IMG/VR virus record: IMGVR_UViG_2841277917_000004
Location: 1-64,000 of that record
Direction: 5' to 3' (one strand)
DNA: 64,000 nt
Source of the DNA: a virus
Lineage: Duplodnaviria > Caudoviricetes
Shown: piece after piece, positions 19,423 to 30,390 of the stretch
How positions within the stretch are numbered: the first letter of the stretch is position 1
How the letters are laid out: each line of letters begins with the position of its first letter
The notes under the pieces: generated by a model
Told to the model about the DNA's origin: nothing
The model's input: only the letters and a program-made list of their open reading frames with translations
Database searches by the model: none
Position numbers and translations under genes: made by a program

Positions 19423-19518
19423 CCCCTGTAATAAAGGGGTCAATTTTTGTTGTCATTACACTATGTTAAATTGTATAATGAATATACAATAGACTATAAT
19501 TAAATTTATATATCTTTT

Positions 19519-20907
19519 TTGGAAGAAGGTGATCAAATGCAAATTGGCGTAACCAGAGATATGGTGGAAGAAGTATTGCACAAAGCCATAGCAGAGATCA
19601 AAAATAGTAAGAAAACAGTTCACTTATTTAAAAAGAAATTATCGACTCATGGAGTAGGATTGGCTGACACTCAGCGTATAATAAATGGGAAAACCCCTTT
19701 GGATCAAGTAGAGAATAGCGTTTTATGTTTATTTCTTATTTACATAAGAGAATTCATTAGTGATGATAGTGATTTAAAAGCAAAATTAAAAGTACAAAAT
19801 TATTATACTCAGAATGAGATCAATGAAGTAAAATTAATAGAGTATGCTCCTGAAAGGGTAAAAAACGAAAGTTTATTACCGTATACTTTCACAGAGGCAA
19901 TACAGTCTGATTTGGATGATTATGATACCCTTATTACTGAAAGACAAATCTTAGAATTAATTGATGGTAACATCATACAGTATAATTTCGAAACTCAACG
20001 AGAGGCGAAAATAATCAAATCAAGCAATTCACCAACAGGGATTATAAAAGTACCAAAGATAAACGAAGAAGCACTGAAAGACATTACAAAATTGATTTTA
20101 GCAGGGAAATTAGTTAGAACAACCATTATATTAAATGCAAGATTAAACTCATCTGATTCTGGACAAGAGATTCTTTTTGATAGAAAGGGTAGGACTTTAA
20201 CTGTAACTGAGGGAACTAAGCTAGATTGTATAGATGGATTTCATAGGATAATGGCTGTAGTAAATGCTCTTAAAATAAATCCTGATGTCAAGATGACATT
20301 TGGTTTAAGAGTAGTTAATTATAGTGAAAAAAAGGCTCAAATTTTATTCTCTCAAATAAATACTTTTACCAGCCAAAGTGCTTCAAGATTAGCAGAAATG
20401 CGTCAAAGTTTTTCTTCTTATGTCGTTAAGCAACTTAGAGAGGAAAGTGTGATAGGAGATAAAATATCTTCAAGTGACTCGCTTTTTTCTGATCAATTGG
20501 TAACTTTTAATGTTTTAGATTCAATAATAGATGAAACTTTTCATCCAACAAATATTATAGAGGCTAAAAATGTCGTAAATATATTAAAAGAGACTTTTGA
20601 CTCTATTGCTATGAAATACCCTAATGAATTTATAACAGAAGTAGACAAATCAAAAAAAGAAACTGTTGTAAATCAAAACCATATGTTTAACGCCTATGTA
20701 GTACTAGCTAAAAAAATAAATGACTTAGGTCTGCCTATAAGTGATATAACAAAAATTTTGAGTAAATTTGATTTCTCACGTAGCAATCCACTATGGCAAG
20801 AGGTGGGCATTCTAGACCAAAATAAGAACATGGTTTCGAAACCTAAGAAAAAAATACTTAACTTGTTTAAAAAAATTAACGCTAAAGAGGAGATATTAGA
20901 TGTCTAA
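19519..20907 (+). CDS. DndB/DGQHR-domain protein (SPbeta YopQ-like)
   Basis: IDGFHR motif; position just upstream of a yopR-like gene; likely start ATG 19537. Confidence 0.65.
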   Translation: MEEGDQMQIGVTRDMVEEVLHKAIAEIKNSKKTVHLFKKKLSTHGVGLADTQRIINGKTPLDQVENSVLCLFLIYIREFISDDSDLKAKLKVQNYYTQNEINEVKLIEYAPERVKNESLLPYTFTEAIQSDLDDYDTLITERQILELIDGNIIQYNFETQREAKIIKSSNSPTGIIKVPKINEEALKDITKLILAGKLVRTTIILNARLNSSDSGQEILFDRKGRTLTVTEGTKLDCIDGFHRIMAVVNALKINPDVKMTFGLRVVNYSEKKAQILFSQINTFTSQSASRLAEMRQSFSSYVVKQLREESVIGDKISSSDSLFSDQLVTFNVLDSIIDETFHPTNIIEAKNVVNILKETFDSIAMKYPNEFITEVDKSKKETVVNQNHMFNAYVVLAKKINDLGLPISDITKILSKFDFSRSNPLWQEVGILDQNKNMVSKPKKKILNLFKKINAKEEILDV

Positions 20908-21910
20908 TCTAAGGTATAAAGATGGTTTTTACAACGAAAACTATAAAAAAGCTTTTTTAGATCAGTATAGTAGCAGTATAAAAACGTATGAGGTATACGC
21001 TAGGATTTTTAAAGCAAGTAAAGATATTGAAGAAGAAAAGGAAAAAGAATTAGGAAATTTTAATGCAGGAGATTTAGATGATTTGTTTACTCATCTAAAT
21101 CCTCGTAGTGCATGGGTTAGTGCAACCAATATAAGTGTTGTTAAAAACTATATTCATTGGTTTATAGAGAATGGGTATAGAGAAAATAATATTAATCCAA
21201 TAGTTATGTTAAAACATGTGGAAGGATATGCAAGACAGTTTGTAGATGAAAGCGTGCAACAATATTATTCGAAGAAAACGATTGAAGAAATTGTTGATTA
21301 TGCAGTTAATAAGCAGGATGCAGTTATTCCATTAGCCCTGTTCGAAGGTATAGCAGGAAAAGAAAGTTGCGAGATCAGAAACTTAAAATACTATGAAATA
21401 GATTTTGAACGAAACATCGTCTTGCTGACTGATTTAGATGGCACTAAAAGAGAGCTTACTATTTCTGATAAATTAATCGAACTTTTAAAAGCTGCTTATT
21501 TTGAATCAGAATATATTAAGAAAAACGGAAATGAATTTTCAGAAACAACTAGAAATAAAAAAGAAGGTATTGAGCTGCTAGAGACAGGTTATATATTAAA
21601 GCCAGCCAAAACTAGAGTTGTCCATGAAGATGCAGTAAAAAAACATGTTGTATCCAGACGTTTGACATCACTTGGAGAGTTTTTTGGTATTCAGAATATA
21701 ACTGCTTTAAAAGTAATAAGATCTGGCATGATTTATATGGGGCATAAACTCTATAAAAGAGATGGTGTGTTAGGAAAAGAACAGATAGCTGAGATTTGTC
21801 AGCAATTCAATATACCAAAAGTACATTCTGCTGGTGTATATGATTACAACTACACTCGGATTGGCGAGTATGTAAACTTAGATATAATAAAAGAATTATA
21901 TGGAGAATAA
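20900..21910 (+). CDS. Integrase-fold repressor (SPbeta YopR/SroF-like), catalytically degenerate
   Basis: Tyrosine-recombinase fold with FEGIAGKESCEIRNL lacking the catalytic Arg and KVIRSG in place of HxLR. Confidence 0.7.
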   Translation: MSNLRYKDGFYNENYKKAFLDQYSSSIKTYEVYARIFKASKDIEEEKEKELGNFNAGDLDDLFTHLNPRSAWVSATNISVVKNYIHWFIENGYRENNINPIVMLKHVEGYARQFVDESVQQYYSKKTIEEIVDYAVNKQDAVIPLALFEGIAGKESCEIRNLKYYEIDFERNIVLLTDLDGTKRELTISDKLIELLKAAYFESEYIKKNGNEFSETTRNKKEGIELLETGYILKPAKTRVVHEDAVKKHVVSRRLTSLGEFFGIQNITALKVIRSGMIYMGHKLYKRDGVLGKEQIAEICQQFNIPKVHSAGVYDYNYTRIGEYVNLDIIKELYGE

Positions 21911-21916
21911 AAATGG

Positions 21917-21946
21917 AACCCCCAGATAGACTCTGAGGGTTTTTTT
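21917..21946 (+). terminator. Intrinsic terminator
   Basis: AACCCCCAGA-taga-CTCTGAGGGTT plus T-run. Confidence 0.6.
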
Positions 21947-21999
21947 GTGTTGATTTCAAGGGTAGAGGAATGAAAATATTTTTTAATTACTAAAAGGTG

Positions 22000-22045
22000 T
22001 TTACAAGCTTGGAAAGAAGGTGTAATATAAAATAAAAATATGTAT
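22000..22045 (+). promoter_or_regulatory. SigA-type promoter with downstream operator-like motif
   Basis: TTTACA-17bp-TAATAT followed by ATAAAAATATGTAT. Confidence 0.6.
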
Positions 22046-23421
22046 TAAATAAAAGGGCGGTGATAATGTGAGTGAGGTTTGGGACTGCACAGATTTAATT
22101 TCTACTAAAGATTTAATTTCATTATATGAGAGAGAAATTGAAAGAAAGGAATCTAAACTAAATGAAACTAAAGAGTCTCAGATTGAATACAACATATTAA
22201 CTAGAGAAATTTATGAATTAAAAAATAAACTATATAAAATAAAAAATAAATGTTGAATCATGAATAGCGGGCAAAGAATAAAATCTGGCTTTCATTAGAT
22301 AGGAGGGAGCGATGGTGAAATATGTAGCACATTTAAAGCAAATCGGAAAGATGCTAGATGATCCAAGTTGCAATGAAAAGCTCAACAACACATTGGGCAA
22401 TGTATTTTTACAACTTGAGGAAAACTACAAAATTGCTGATCGAATTGAACTTTACTATTTAGGAACAAATGTAAGGGTGAGGATAGGTGACAGAGTAATT
22501 TCAAATGATGAAGAAGAGTACTGGGGGGAGCAAGTGACCCGAATAAATGAAGATGGAACAATTAACGTAACCTCACCACTAGATACCTTTAAAGGAGTCT
22601 CGTATAAGAATTATAGATTACATACAAAACAAAATGTCTTTTTTGAGGAGTGTGAAAATGCTATCCGAAAATGTAAGAAAAGAACTTGAAAGTGCTTTTG
22701 ATCATATAGAAGCTGCATATGATTTGTTGCATGGACAAGATGATTATTACGATCCGAAGCAAACAATTTTTGATTTCATATATGAATTTAATGAAAGCAA
22801 AGACACTGTTAGAGCTAAGGTTAATGTTCTTTATCGAGCTTTGTTGGCATTAAGCACAGAATACAAACCTGATCCTGCCGATGACAAGAAGTGGAGGGAA
22901 TATTATGACTGATACTGAAAAGCAACGTGCAATTGCTTTAGGTGAGCAATTTGGATTAGAAGTTACATTCGACAACAAAGAACCAGGTGCTTTTATTGGG
23001 GATAAAAAATTGAGTTTTGGGGAATTGTTTAAGGATTGGCTTGATGATGTAAATGAGGAGGGATGAACATGAACTATTATCAGGCAATTGAATTAATGAA
23101 AAATAAGAAGTAGTAGAAAGTCTAGAATAGGAAGTTGGCAGAGCAGATTGTTGCGAGTATAGCCATGCATAGGGAGTTGAGAAAGTGGACAATTTTCAAT
23201 TTAAACTCAATAAAGAAGAGGACAAAACAGCAGATGACACTATTTTTTCTGTTAAACCAAATGGGGAAAAATATAAGATTTCTTGGGAGTGTGAAGGTGC
23301 TAAGTATAGCATATTTTATCCTGTATTAGTGGTAGAGGCGTTATTAGAAGATGGAGCATGGATTATTGTTGATAACAAATAAAACATGAATTTCATTATA
23401 GGCGTATAGGAGGGAAGAAGA

Positions 23422-23631
23422 GTGTTTGTTCCACAAGAAATTAAGAGAGTAATGGAAGCTCTTCAAAGTAACGGTTATCTTACATATTTAGTTGACGATT
23501 GCGTCCGTGATTCACTAGTCGGATCGAAACCAAAAGATTATGACATCGCAACTTCAGCAACGTCAGAAATTATACCAACAAGAATACAACAGGGAACAGT
23601 AACAGTTATTGTAGATGGAAAGCATATTTAA
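23422..23631 (+). pseudogene. Fragment of a CCA-adding/poly(A) polymerase head domain
   Basis: YLVDDCVRDSL...PKDYDIATSA (normally VGGxVRD); only 69 aa. Confidence 0.7.
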
Positions 23632-23685
23632 GTAACTTTCACAAAAGATTTTAAATATAAAATAAAAAAATAGGAGAGTGTAGAT

Positions 23686-24870
23686 TTGGAGTTTAAATTT
23701 GAAAAGAGCAAATTATACAATTATCTAGGAAAAGAGTTAGTTGGGGAATTAAAAAGAACTAAAGCTTATATTGCAGGTGGTACGATCACAAGCTTATTTT
23801 GCAATCGTGAAATTAATGATTTGGATGTTTATTTTAGAAATGAAGAATCTATGATTGATTTCCTTGAATCACTTTGGGATGAAACAGGCACTTATGTTGT
23901 TTCGTTAACAAAGAAATCTATTTTGCTGTTGAAGAATAGCCTACAAATTCAATTAATACACGATAGGATGTATGAATCACCAAAAGAAATTTTCAAAGCA
24001 TTTGATTTTACTGTCTGCATGGGCTGCTACGATTTTGATACAGACTCATTTATCTTGCATGAAGATTTTTTAAGACATAATGCACAGCGCCAGTTAACTT
24101 TTAATCCTGATACATTGTACCCAGTGGTATCAGCTTTAAGAGTACAAAAATATGAAGATAAAGGATATGAGATATCAAAAACAGAGTTTCTAAAAATTAT
24201 GCTTTCTTGCATGAAGCTAGAAATTAACTCTTATGATGAACTCAAAAATCATTTGGGGGGCATGTACGGGATCAATCTTGATAAGGTTTTCGATGAAACA
24301 AAAGAGTTTTCATTAGAAGACGCCATTATTCAAATTAGCAATCTATTTCACAATGAAATCTATTTTGTAAAGCCGTTACATATTGAATTCAATAATTTAG
24401 AAGACATTATTACTCAAATTTCAATAACCCCTATTAAATACATAGAACTAAAAAATAAATTCTATAAAATCAAATCTGATGGAACATTGGCTGGTATTAC
24501 TAAAAGACCTGAAAACGGAATTGAAGTTAACAAAGGAGAATATTTTGCAGATAAAAAGTTTTATAAATTTGTAGAGAAAAAAGATGGAAAATATTTCAGT
24601 TATTATGATAAAAAATTTGAATATATAATCGGAGCCGAGGCTCAACCTAAAAATGATTATCTTTATTTTGGTTTTATTGAAGATGTATTTGATTTCTCTT
24701 ATAAAGATAGAGTAAATAGCGTTTTACTTGAGGCATTGGTTCTTCCAAGTTCTATTAAAGGATTTGATGACGTAGCTTTCTTAATTGATAGATGTGAGAT
24801 TCTTCGAGAAGTTCCAGAAAAAGAGTACAAGCAATTTATTGAAGACAGTGAAATGAATTGGGGAGGTTGA
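23686..24870 (+). CDS. Nucleotidyltransferase (CCA/poly(A)-polymerase-like head)
   Basis: IAGG...DLDVYF...FDFTVC motifs. Confidence 0.65.
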   Translation: MEFKFEKSKLYNYLGKELVGELKRTKAYIAGGTITSLFCNREINDLDVYFRNEESMIDFLESLWDETGTYVVSLTKKSILLLKNSLQIQLIHDRMYESPKEIFKAFDFTVCMGCYDFDTDSFILHEDFLRHNAQRQLTFNPDTLYPVVSALRVQKYEDKGYEISKTEFLKIMLSCMKLEINSYDELKNHLGGMYGINLDKVFDETKEFSLEDAIIQISNLFHNEIYFVKPLHIEFNNLEDIITQISITPIKYIELKNKFYKIKSDGTLAGITKRPENGIEVNKGEYFADKKFYKFVEKKDGKYFSYYDKKFEYIIGAEAQPKNDYLYFGFIEDVFDFSYKDRVNSVLLEALVLPSSIKGFDDVAFLIDRCEILREVPEKEYKQFIEDSEMNWGG

Positions 24871-24874
24871 CCAA

Positions 24875-25264
24875 ATGTATCTCACAATTATTGAGGGAAC
24901 TGTAGAAGAATTTGAAACCATAGAAGATGTAATCGACCACATTCAAAGTAATGTTTATTTCGAAGTAGATCAGACTGCACTTCGATGGAAATTAGAGCAT
25001 ATGAATTTAAATGAATCAGTCAAATTAAGAAATGATTGCATGGTTGTCAAGTGTTTGAATCAAGATGAAATCAAAGAAAGAGCAGACCAGATGTTTGAAA
25101 AGGTAGCAAATCAAGCAAGAAAAAACGGGAGTGTAAGTATTAGTTGGGTTCAAAACGTTTTTCGATTAGATTATTACACATCAGCTACTATTGTTGATCG
25201 AATGGAAGATGAAAAAATTTGTGAGAGATACAAAGGGGAAAGTCATCGAAAGATTATCGGATAG
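24875..25264 (+). CDS. Protein with C-terminal FtsK-gamma-like winged helix
   Basis: SISWVQNVFRLDYYTSATIVDRME resembles S.S.LQR...IGY.RA..I.D.LE. Confidence 0.55.
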   Translation: MYLTIIEGTVEEFETIEDVIDHIQSNVYFEVDQTALRWKLEHMNLNESVKLRNDCMVVKCLNQDEIKERADQMFEKVANQARKNGSVSISWVQNVFRLDYYTSATIVDRMEDEKICERYKGESHRKIIG

Positions 25265-25291
25265 AGACATAATTTTAAAGGAGAGTAGCTA

Positions 25292-25858
25292 ATGAAAGTT
25301 GAGATAGAACTAACAAATGATGAAGTATATTTTTTGAGACGAATTCAAAACGACTATCAGATTCAGCAAGAAAATGAGCTGGTTCCTACTCCGAATCTTT
25401 ATGTGTTGGTTGACTACAAAGAAGTTATTGTAGATCGGGATTTTGAAAGTGACTATGAGACTACATATAATGATTCAGAAAATGGAGAGTATGGCATTAG
25501 GATTTCTGAATTAAAAAAATACTTAACTGAAAATCATAAAGAAGAAATCGATGAGTTTATAAATAATGATGAATACATAGACAGTGTAACTGGTGAAAGT
25601 TTATTTGACTGGGAAGATGAAGATCATATTGACGAATTGATTGAGTACCTTCACATGGATATGTACAAAGCTGATACTACATTGAAAAAAGAGGACGTTC
25701 AAACTTTCCTTACACATGAAGCTGCTCAAAAACATTTAGAGTCCAATTACTATAATTATCATAGAAATGCGTTTATTGATAGACGCAAGCCTTGGAGAAA
25801 CTTTGAGATGGAAACATTGATAAAGTTACTATATAGAATCCCTGTAGAAAAGGAGTGA
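25292..25858 (+). CDS. Hypothetical acidic phage protein
   Basis: ORF with RBS aggag. Confidence 0.55.
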   Translation: MKVEIELTNDEVYFLRRIQNDYQIQQENELVPTPNLYVLVDYKEVIVDRDFESDYETTYNDSENGEYGIRISELKKYLTENHKEEIDEFINNDEYIDSVTGESLFDWEDEDHIDELIEYLHMDMYKADTTLKKEDVQTFLTHEAAQKHLESNYYNYHRNAFIDRRKPWRNFEMETLIKLLYRIPVEKE

Positions 25859-26517
25859 TAAATTGAATCTAACTAATTTAGAAAAATTGACAATCATTCA
25901 ATGGTTTAACTACATACGTTCAACAAATCCAATTCATCTAAACGAAAGTGATTTTAAAGCTGTAAAGAAAATTCGAAAGTCAATGTTAGACGAATAAACA
26001 TTGGTTGTTTGAGGAGGAATTATGTTTTCAATATTTAGAAAAAAACCAACATGCAAACATAGTTGGATATTGAATGACATTCATGTCCAATATATTAATT
26101 CGTATATTGAAGTGTCGGGTGACGATAGATTTGTTCTTTACTGTACTGAATGCAAACGTGAGAAAACTGTACGTGAACATGAATTAATGCAAATGGAGAG
26201 TTATGGCTTAGTAAACAAATGAGATGGTAAAAGGGAATGGAGAGTGAACTTTTGAGTAAAGTAATCCAGAATGTCCGTCAAGAATCCGCAGCAGGATGGT
26301 ATGTAGGTGGCTTAGAGTTTTTAGATGACAATGTAGTGTGTTGGGATAAAGCAACTGGTTATTTTCCATCAGAGGATATTCTAAAAAATCATTATCCCTA
26401 TTCTATCAGTATGGAAAAAGCATGCATAAAAGCGAAACAGCGCAAATGGATAGATTGGGAAATCTAATAGGATAAAATAGTGATTTTAACTGATAGATAT
26501 AAAATAAAAAATTAAAA

Positions 26518-27441
26518 ATGATGATATCTGAAATGGAACGTAAAAAGTATATAGATGTAATTCGTTATGGTCATAAAACTACAGTTGGAGTCTTAAATGA
26601 GGGTGATCAAATTGTTATACAAGAAAAAATCGATGGAGCCAATGCTTCATTTATGTTTGATGAGAAGAGTAGAAAAATTCGAGCATTCTCACGTAATACT
26701 GAATTAGATGAAGAAAATACATTGGGCGGTTTTTATCAATGGACTCAGCAACTTAATCCAAGTGAATTATGTATTGGTGGCATTTACTTTGGTGAATGGC
26801 TGAATCCACATAAGGTAAAGTATGCAAATTATGAGAAACAATTTTTCTTATTTGATATTTATAATACATACACAAATGAATATGTAGATTTCCCAATAGT
26901 TCAAGAAGAAGCTGAACGGCTAGTTTTAAATCTTGTTCCGGTATTTTATCAAGGAGAGTATAAGGGATATGAGCATCTTAAGTCATTTGTTGGCAAAACA
27001 TTGCTTGGAGGTAGGCTTGGTGATTTAGAAACTGGAGAAGGGATTGTCGTAAAAAATATTGACTATAAAGACAAATTTGGAAAGCAGGTATTTGTAAAAT
27101 TGGTGACTGACAGTTTTCGAGAAGTACAAAAACAAAAAGCACCAAAAGACCCTAATCAATTAAAGACTCCAGAGATGTTATTTATTGAGCAATATGTAAC
27201 ACAGGGAAGGGTTGAAAAATTTTTATATAAATTAGTTGATGAAGGAATACTTGATGAAAAATTTGGTATTGAGGAAATGGGGGTAGTATTAAAGAATCTG
27301 AATGTGCGGATTTACGAGGATTTATTAAAAGAGGAAAGTGATTACCTTCCGAAAGAGTATGAAGAAAAAGTACTGCGTAAGAGCTTGGGTAGATTATTGC
27401 CAACTCTAGTAAAGAAAATACTTTTGAGCGATGTCGCTTAA
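26518..27441 (+). CDS. RNA ligase (Rnl2-like nucleotidyltransferase)
   Basis: EKIDGAN motif I; FGEW, FDI, EGIVVK, VK motifs. Confidence 0.8.
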   Translation: MMISEMERKKYIDVIRYGHKTTVGVLNEGDQIVIQEKIDGANASFMFDEKSRKIRAFSRNTELDEENTLGGFYQWTQQLNPSELCIGGIYFGEWLNPHKVKYANYEKQFFLFDIYNTYTNEYVDFPIVQEEAERLVLNLVPVFYQGEYKGYEHLKSFVGKTLLGGRLGDLETGEGIVVKNIDYKDKFGKQVFVKLVTDSFREVQKQKAPKDPNQLKTPEMLFIEQYVTQGRVEKFLYKLVDEGILDEKFGIEEMGVVLKNLNVRIYEDLLKEESDYLPKEYEEKVLRKSLGRLLPTLVKKILLSDVA

Positions 27442-28533
27442 ATTATAGGAGTGAAGTAATTGCTGTATACGATGGAGGGAAAGGTGGTACAGCAAATTGT
27501 CTCTTATATGCCAGGCAGAGCGTTGATAGTCGAACGCTCTATCGATTACATCCAAACTATGATTTTGTGAACTAGATATAAGTTATTTGGGATATTGCTA
27601 ATGATCATTTGAAATGGAGAGATAGGATTGTCTTTATTCTGGCGTAAGAATCGTATTAGAGAGTTAGAAAATGAGAATGAGAAATTGAGAAAGAGAAATG
27701 AAGAATTAGACGATAAGCTTCGAGAAGTAACTAAATGGAGAGAAAGACCTAATTGGAGATGGAAGAGCATCACGGTATCACCCTATATTTTTGAGAAATA
27801 CATATATGGCTGGCAGAAAACTTTTGGGGGTTATCTTTGGAAGGGATACCGTGTAGAAGTAGATGAAGCAATGCCAGATGGATATGTAAGATATGAAGAG
27901 GCGATAGAAGAACCACATAAGAATTGTAAGAATTGTGATATTAACTTTAAGCTTGTATTGGGATTCCCAAGTGAAACCAGAGATTTTTGTTCAAATGAAT
28001 GTTACGTAGAAAAGATGATGAAATGAATATTTTATGAGATGAGGCTAAAACATGGCAGAACCTGCTATAGAGATTGAATTGAAATTTGAGGACGGGAGTA
28101 GTTTTGAGTATCGAGCAAATGCAATACCAAGAGTGGGTGAGAATATAGATATTTATGTAGATGATATGATAGGTAATTTTGAAGTTTTGAAGGTCAAACA
28201 TCGTGTATCTAAAACTAAAAGATCATATGGCATGCCATCACAGATTTTTTCATATGTAACAGTTTATATAAAGTAAAAATAAATAATAGTGGAGATATAG
28301 CGAATGATTAAAATAAAGAAAACTAATATTTATGAAGTGGCTGCCATAGCTAAGAAATCTTGGCTGATAGAAAGACCTAATGAAGTGGAGTATAAAAAGG
28401 TTAAAGAAGCCCAAGAAAATATTGAGGGACATGTTAATGAAATTAGAGAAATTTATATACAAAAAATGTTTTTACAAACTTAGCTTAAAGGACAAGCAAA
28501 TAAAAAATATTTAGGAAAAATGGAGAGGTTAGT

Positions 28534-29325
28534 ATGAAATTAATAAAGGAAAAGTTAATAGATGTGTTACCAGCATTCGGTTTCGTTCAATGTAACGATG
28601 GAACTGATTACTACAGTGGAACTCCGCAATGGTTCGTAGCTCTTGTTCGCTATTATGATCAAAAAGAGGAGTTAATTAAGTTCTTTAATGAAGTAGGGAT
28701 TGAATACCCTACATGGATTAATGAAATTAAAATGCCATATGAATATGGTGAAGAAGAGTTAGAATTAATATTTAAAAATTTAAATCGAATGTACGTTTGC
28801 AATGGTGAAATTTATAGTAATAATCTGCAATATTGGTATGAATATTGGCACTATAGAAATTTTAATGTTCAAGATGCTTTTTCTAAATTGAGTTATTTGG
28901 AAATACCGTGGCAGCTTTTTCTCAAGAATTCATTGCTGCTAGATAAAAAATGGTTCGAGAAGATTGTGGATTCCTTAGCTCAAGGAAAAGCTCACTCAGA
29001 TTATTTTCTACGAATTTATCAGTATCAGACACTTACAAAGGAACAAATTGAAGAACTCATTAAGGCAGTAAAATTTGATTCAAGAAATAGTGATCATAGA
29101 GTAATAATGAAGCACGCATTAAAAACATATTCATCATACATGGCTGCAAAAAAGACCCAAAATCTATTGTCTGAGTATGAATTCGATTATAAATGGTATC
29201 CGGAAGAATATCAGGTTCTATACATAATGCAGAAAGAAGAAATCGAAACTAAAATCAAACTAATTAAAAATAGCACTCTTAGTGAAGAGAAGAAAAAAGA
29301 ACTATTGAGAAAGATTTTGTTATAA
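28534..29325 (+). CDS. Hypothetical phage protein
   Basis: 263-aa ORF with RBS. Confidence 0.55.
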   Translation: MKLIKEKLIDVLPAFGFVQCNDGTDYYSGTPQWFVALVRYYDQKEELIKFFNEVGIEYPTWINEIKMPYEYGEEELELIFKNLNRMYVCNGEIYSNNLQYWYEYWHYRNFNVQDAFSKLSYLEIPWQLFLKNSLLLDKKWFEKIVDSLAQGKAHSDYFLRIYQYQTLTKEQIEELIKAVKFDSRNSDHRVIMKHALKTYSSYMAAKKTQNLLSEYEFDYKWYPEEYQVLYIMQKEEIETKIKLIKNSTLSEEKKKELLRKILL

Positions 29326-29368
29326 AAATAAGCTTCAAATAAAAATATGAATAAATGATTGAAGGCAG

Positions 29369-29944
29369 GTGCGATTTATAGATACTTCACCATATTACAA
29401 ATTAATATGTCAGAGAGCTAAAGAATTGCAAGAAGTTTGGAAGCCAAAAGTTGGAGATTTTATTTCAACAACCTCATGTTATTGCAGTAATCCAAAAAAC
29501 TGTAGTGATGATCAAATGTGCTTAGACTGCACGAAAAGGTCAAATACATACGTTATTTCAGGTCAGTACGATTATGCGGAGTCAATAGGAGGAACTCACT
29601 GGTTTTATGGTGGTCACGCTTGTGTTCGTGGTGATGGAAATAGACTGAACAGTACGGGTTGCTACGTAATGACGGAAAGTGGGGTTTCAGGAATTTATAC
29701 AAGTAAATATGAGTGTGGTTCGAAGAAATGTAAAATTTGGTTGCCTCGACAAGAGCAGTTTCAAAATATGCTTTGGGAGGGACTATCTAATACAAGTAAA
29801 GTTAGAAAGTTTATAGATTATATTGGGAATAAAGCATACACCGACTCAATTGAATCATTATGGTTGCATCTATATATGAAAGAACGATATGGAAAGAGAT
29901 GGAATTTATTGTCAGATGTGATGCAGTGGGAACACATCGAATAA
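29369..29944 (+). CDS. Cys-rich hypothetical phage protein
   Basis: WKPKVGD...WLPRQEQ, multiple Cys. Confidence 0.5.
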   Translation: MRFIDTSPYYKLICQRAKELQEVWKPKVGDFISTTSCYCSNPKNCSDDQMCLDCTKRSNTYVISGQYDYAESIGGTHWFYGGHACVRGDGNRLNSTGCYVMTESGVSGIYTSKYECGSKKCKIWLPRQEQFQNMLWEGLSNTSKVRKFIDYIGNKAYTDSIESLWLHLYMKERYGKRWNLLSDVMQWEHIE

Positions 29945-29971
29945 AAGAAGGAATTCATTAGGAGGAAGTTA

Positions 29972-30361
29972 ATGCGAGAGATAAAATTTCGAGGAAAAGC
30001 CTTTAGTGAAAACGGAATCGAGTGTTTACCAAAATGGGTTTACGGGAATCTGATCATATCAGATAACGGAGATTGTTTTATTACTCGATGGACACGTTCA
30101 ACTGGCATTGGATACGAAAGTGTAACTTATCAAGTCGATCCTAAGTCCGTAGGACAATACACTGGACTCGAAGACCGCACCGGCAAGAAAATTTATGAAG
30201 GGGCTATCGTTAAAGGAAAAAGTTATAGGCAAGCTACTCCTATACGATTTATTGGAAAAGTCCAATATAGATATAACGAATTTAATGTGTACGGCATTGG
30301 GAGATACAGAGGAAGGGCTGAAGAGCTAAATACTACTTTCGAAATCGTCAGTAATATCTAG
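29972..30361 (+). CDS. YopX-family protein, truncated by TAG before ENPELL
   Basis: MREIKFRG...GQYTGLED..GKKIYEG. Confidence 0.8.
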   Translation: MREIKFRGKAFSENGIECLPKWVYGNLIISDNGDCFITRWTRSTGIGYESVTYQVDPKSVGQYTGLEDRTGKKIYEGAIVKGKSYRQATPIRFIGKVQYRYNEFNVYGIGRYRGRAEELNTTFEIVSNI

Positions 30362-30390
30362 GAAAATCCAGAGCTACTGGGGGTATAAAG

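Noticed and set aside
19519-20907. Dnd phosphorothioation system
   Set aside because: Only a DndB-like domain; no dndACDE nearby
20900-21910. Prophage integrase
   Set aside because: Catalytic Arg and HxxR are degenerate and the position matches the YopR-type repressor
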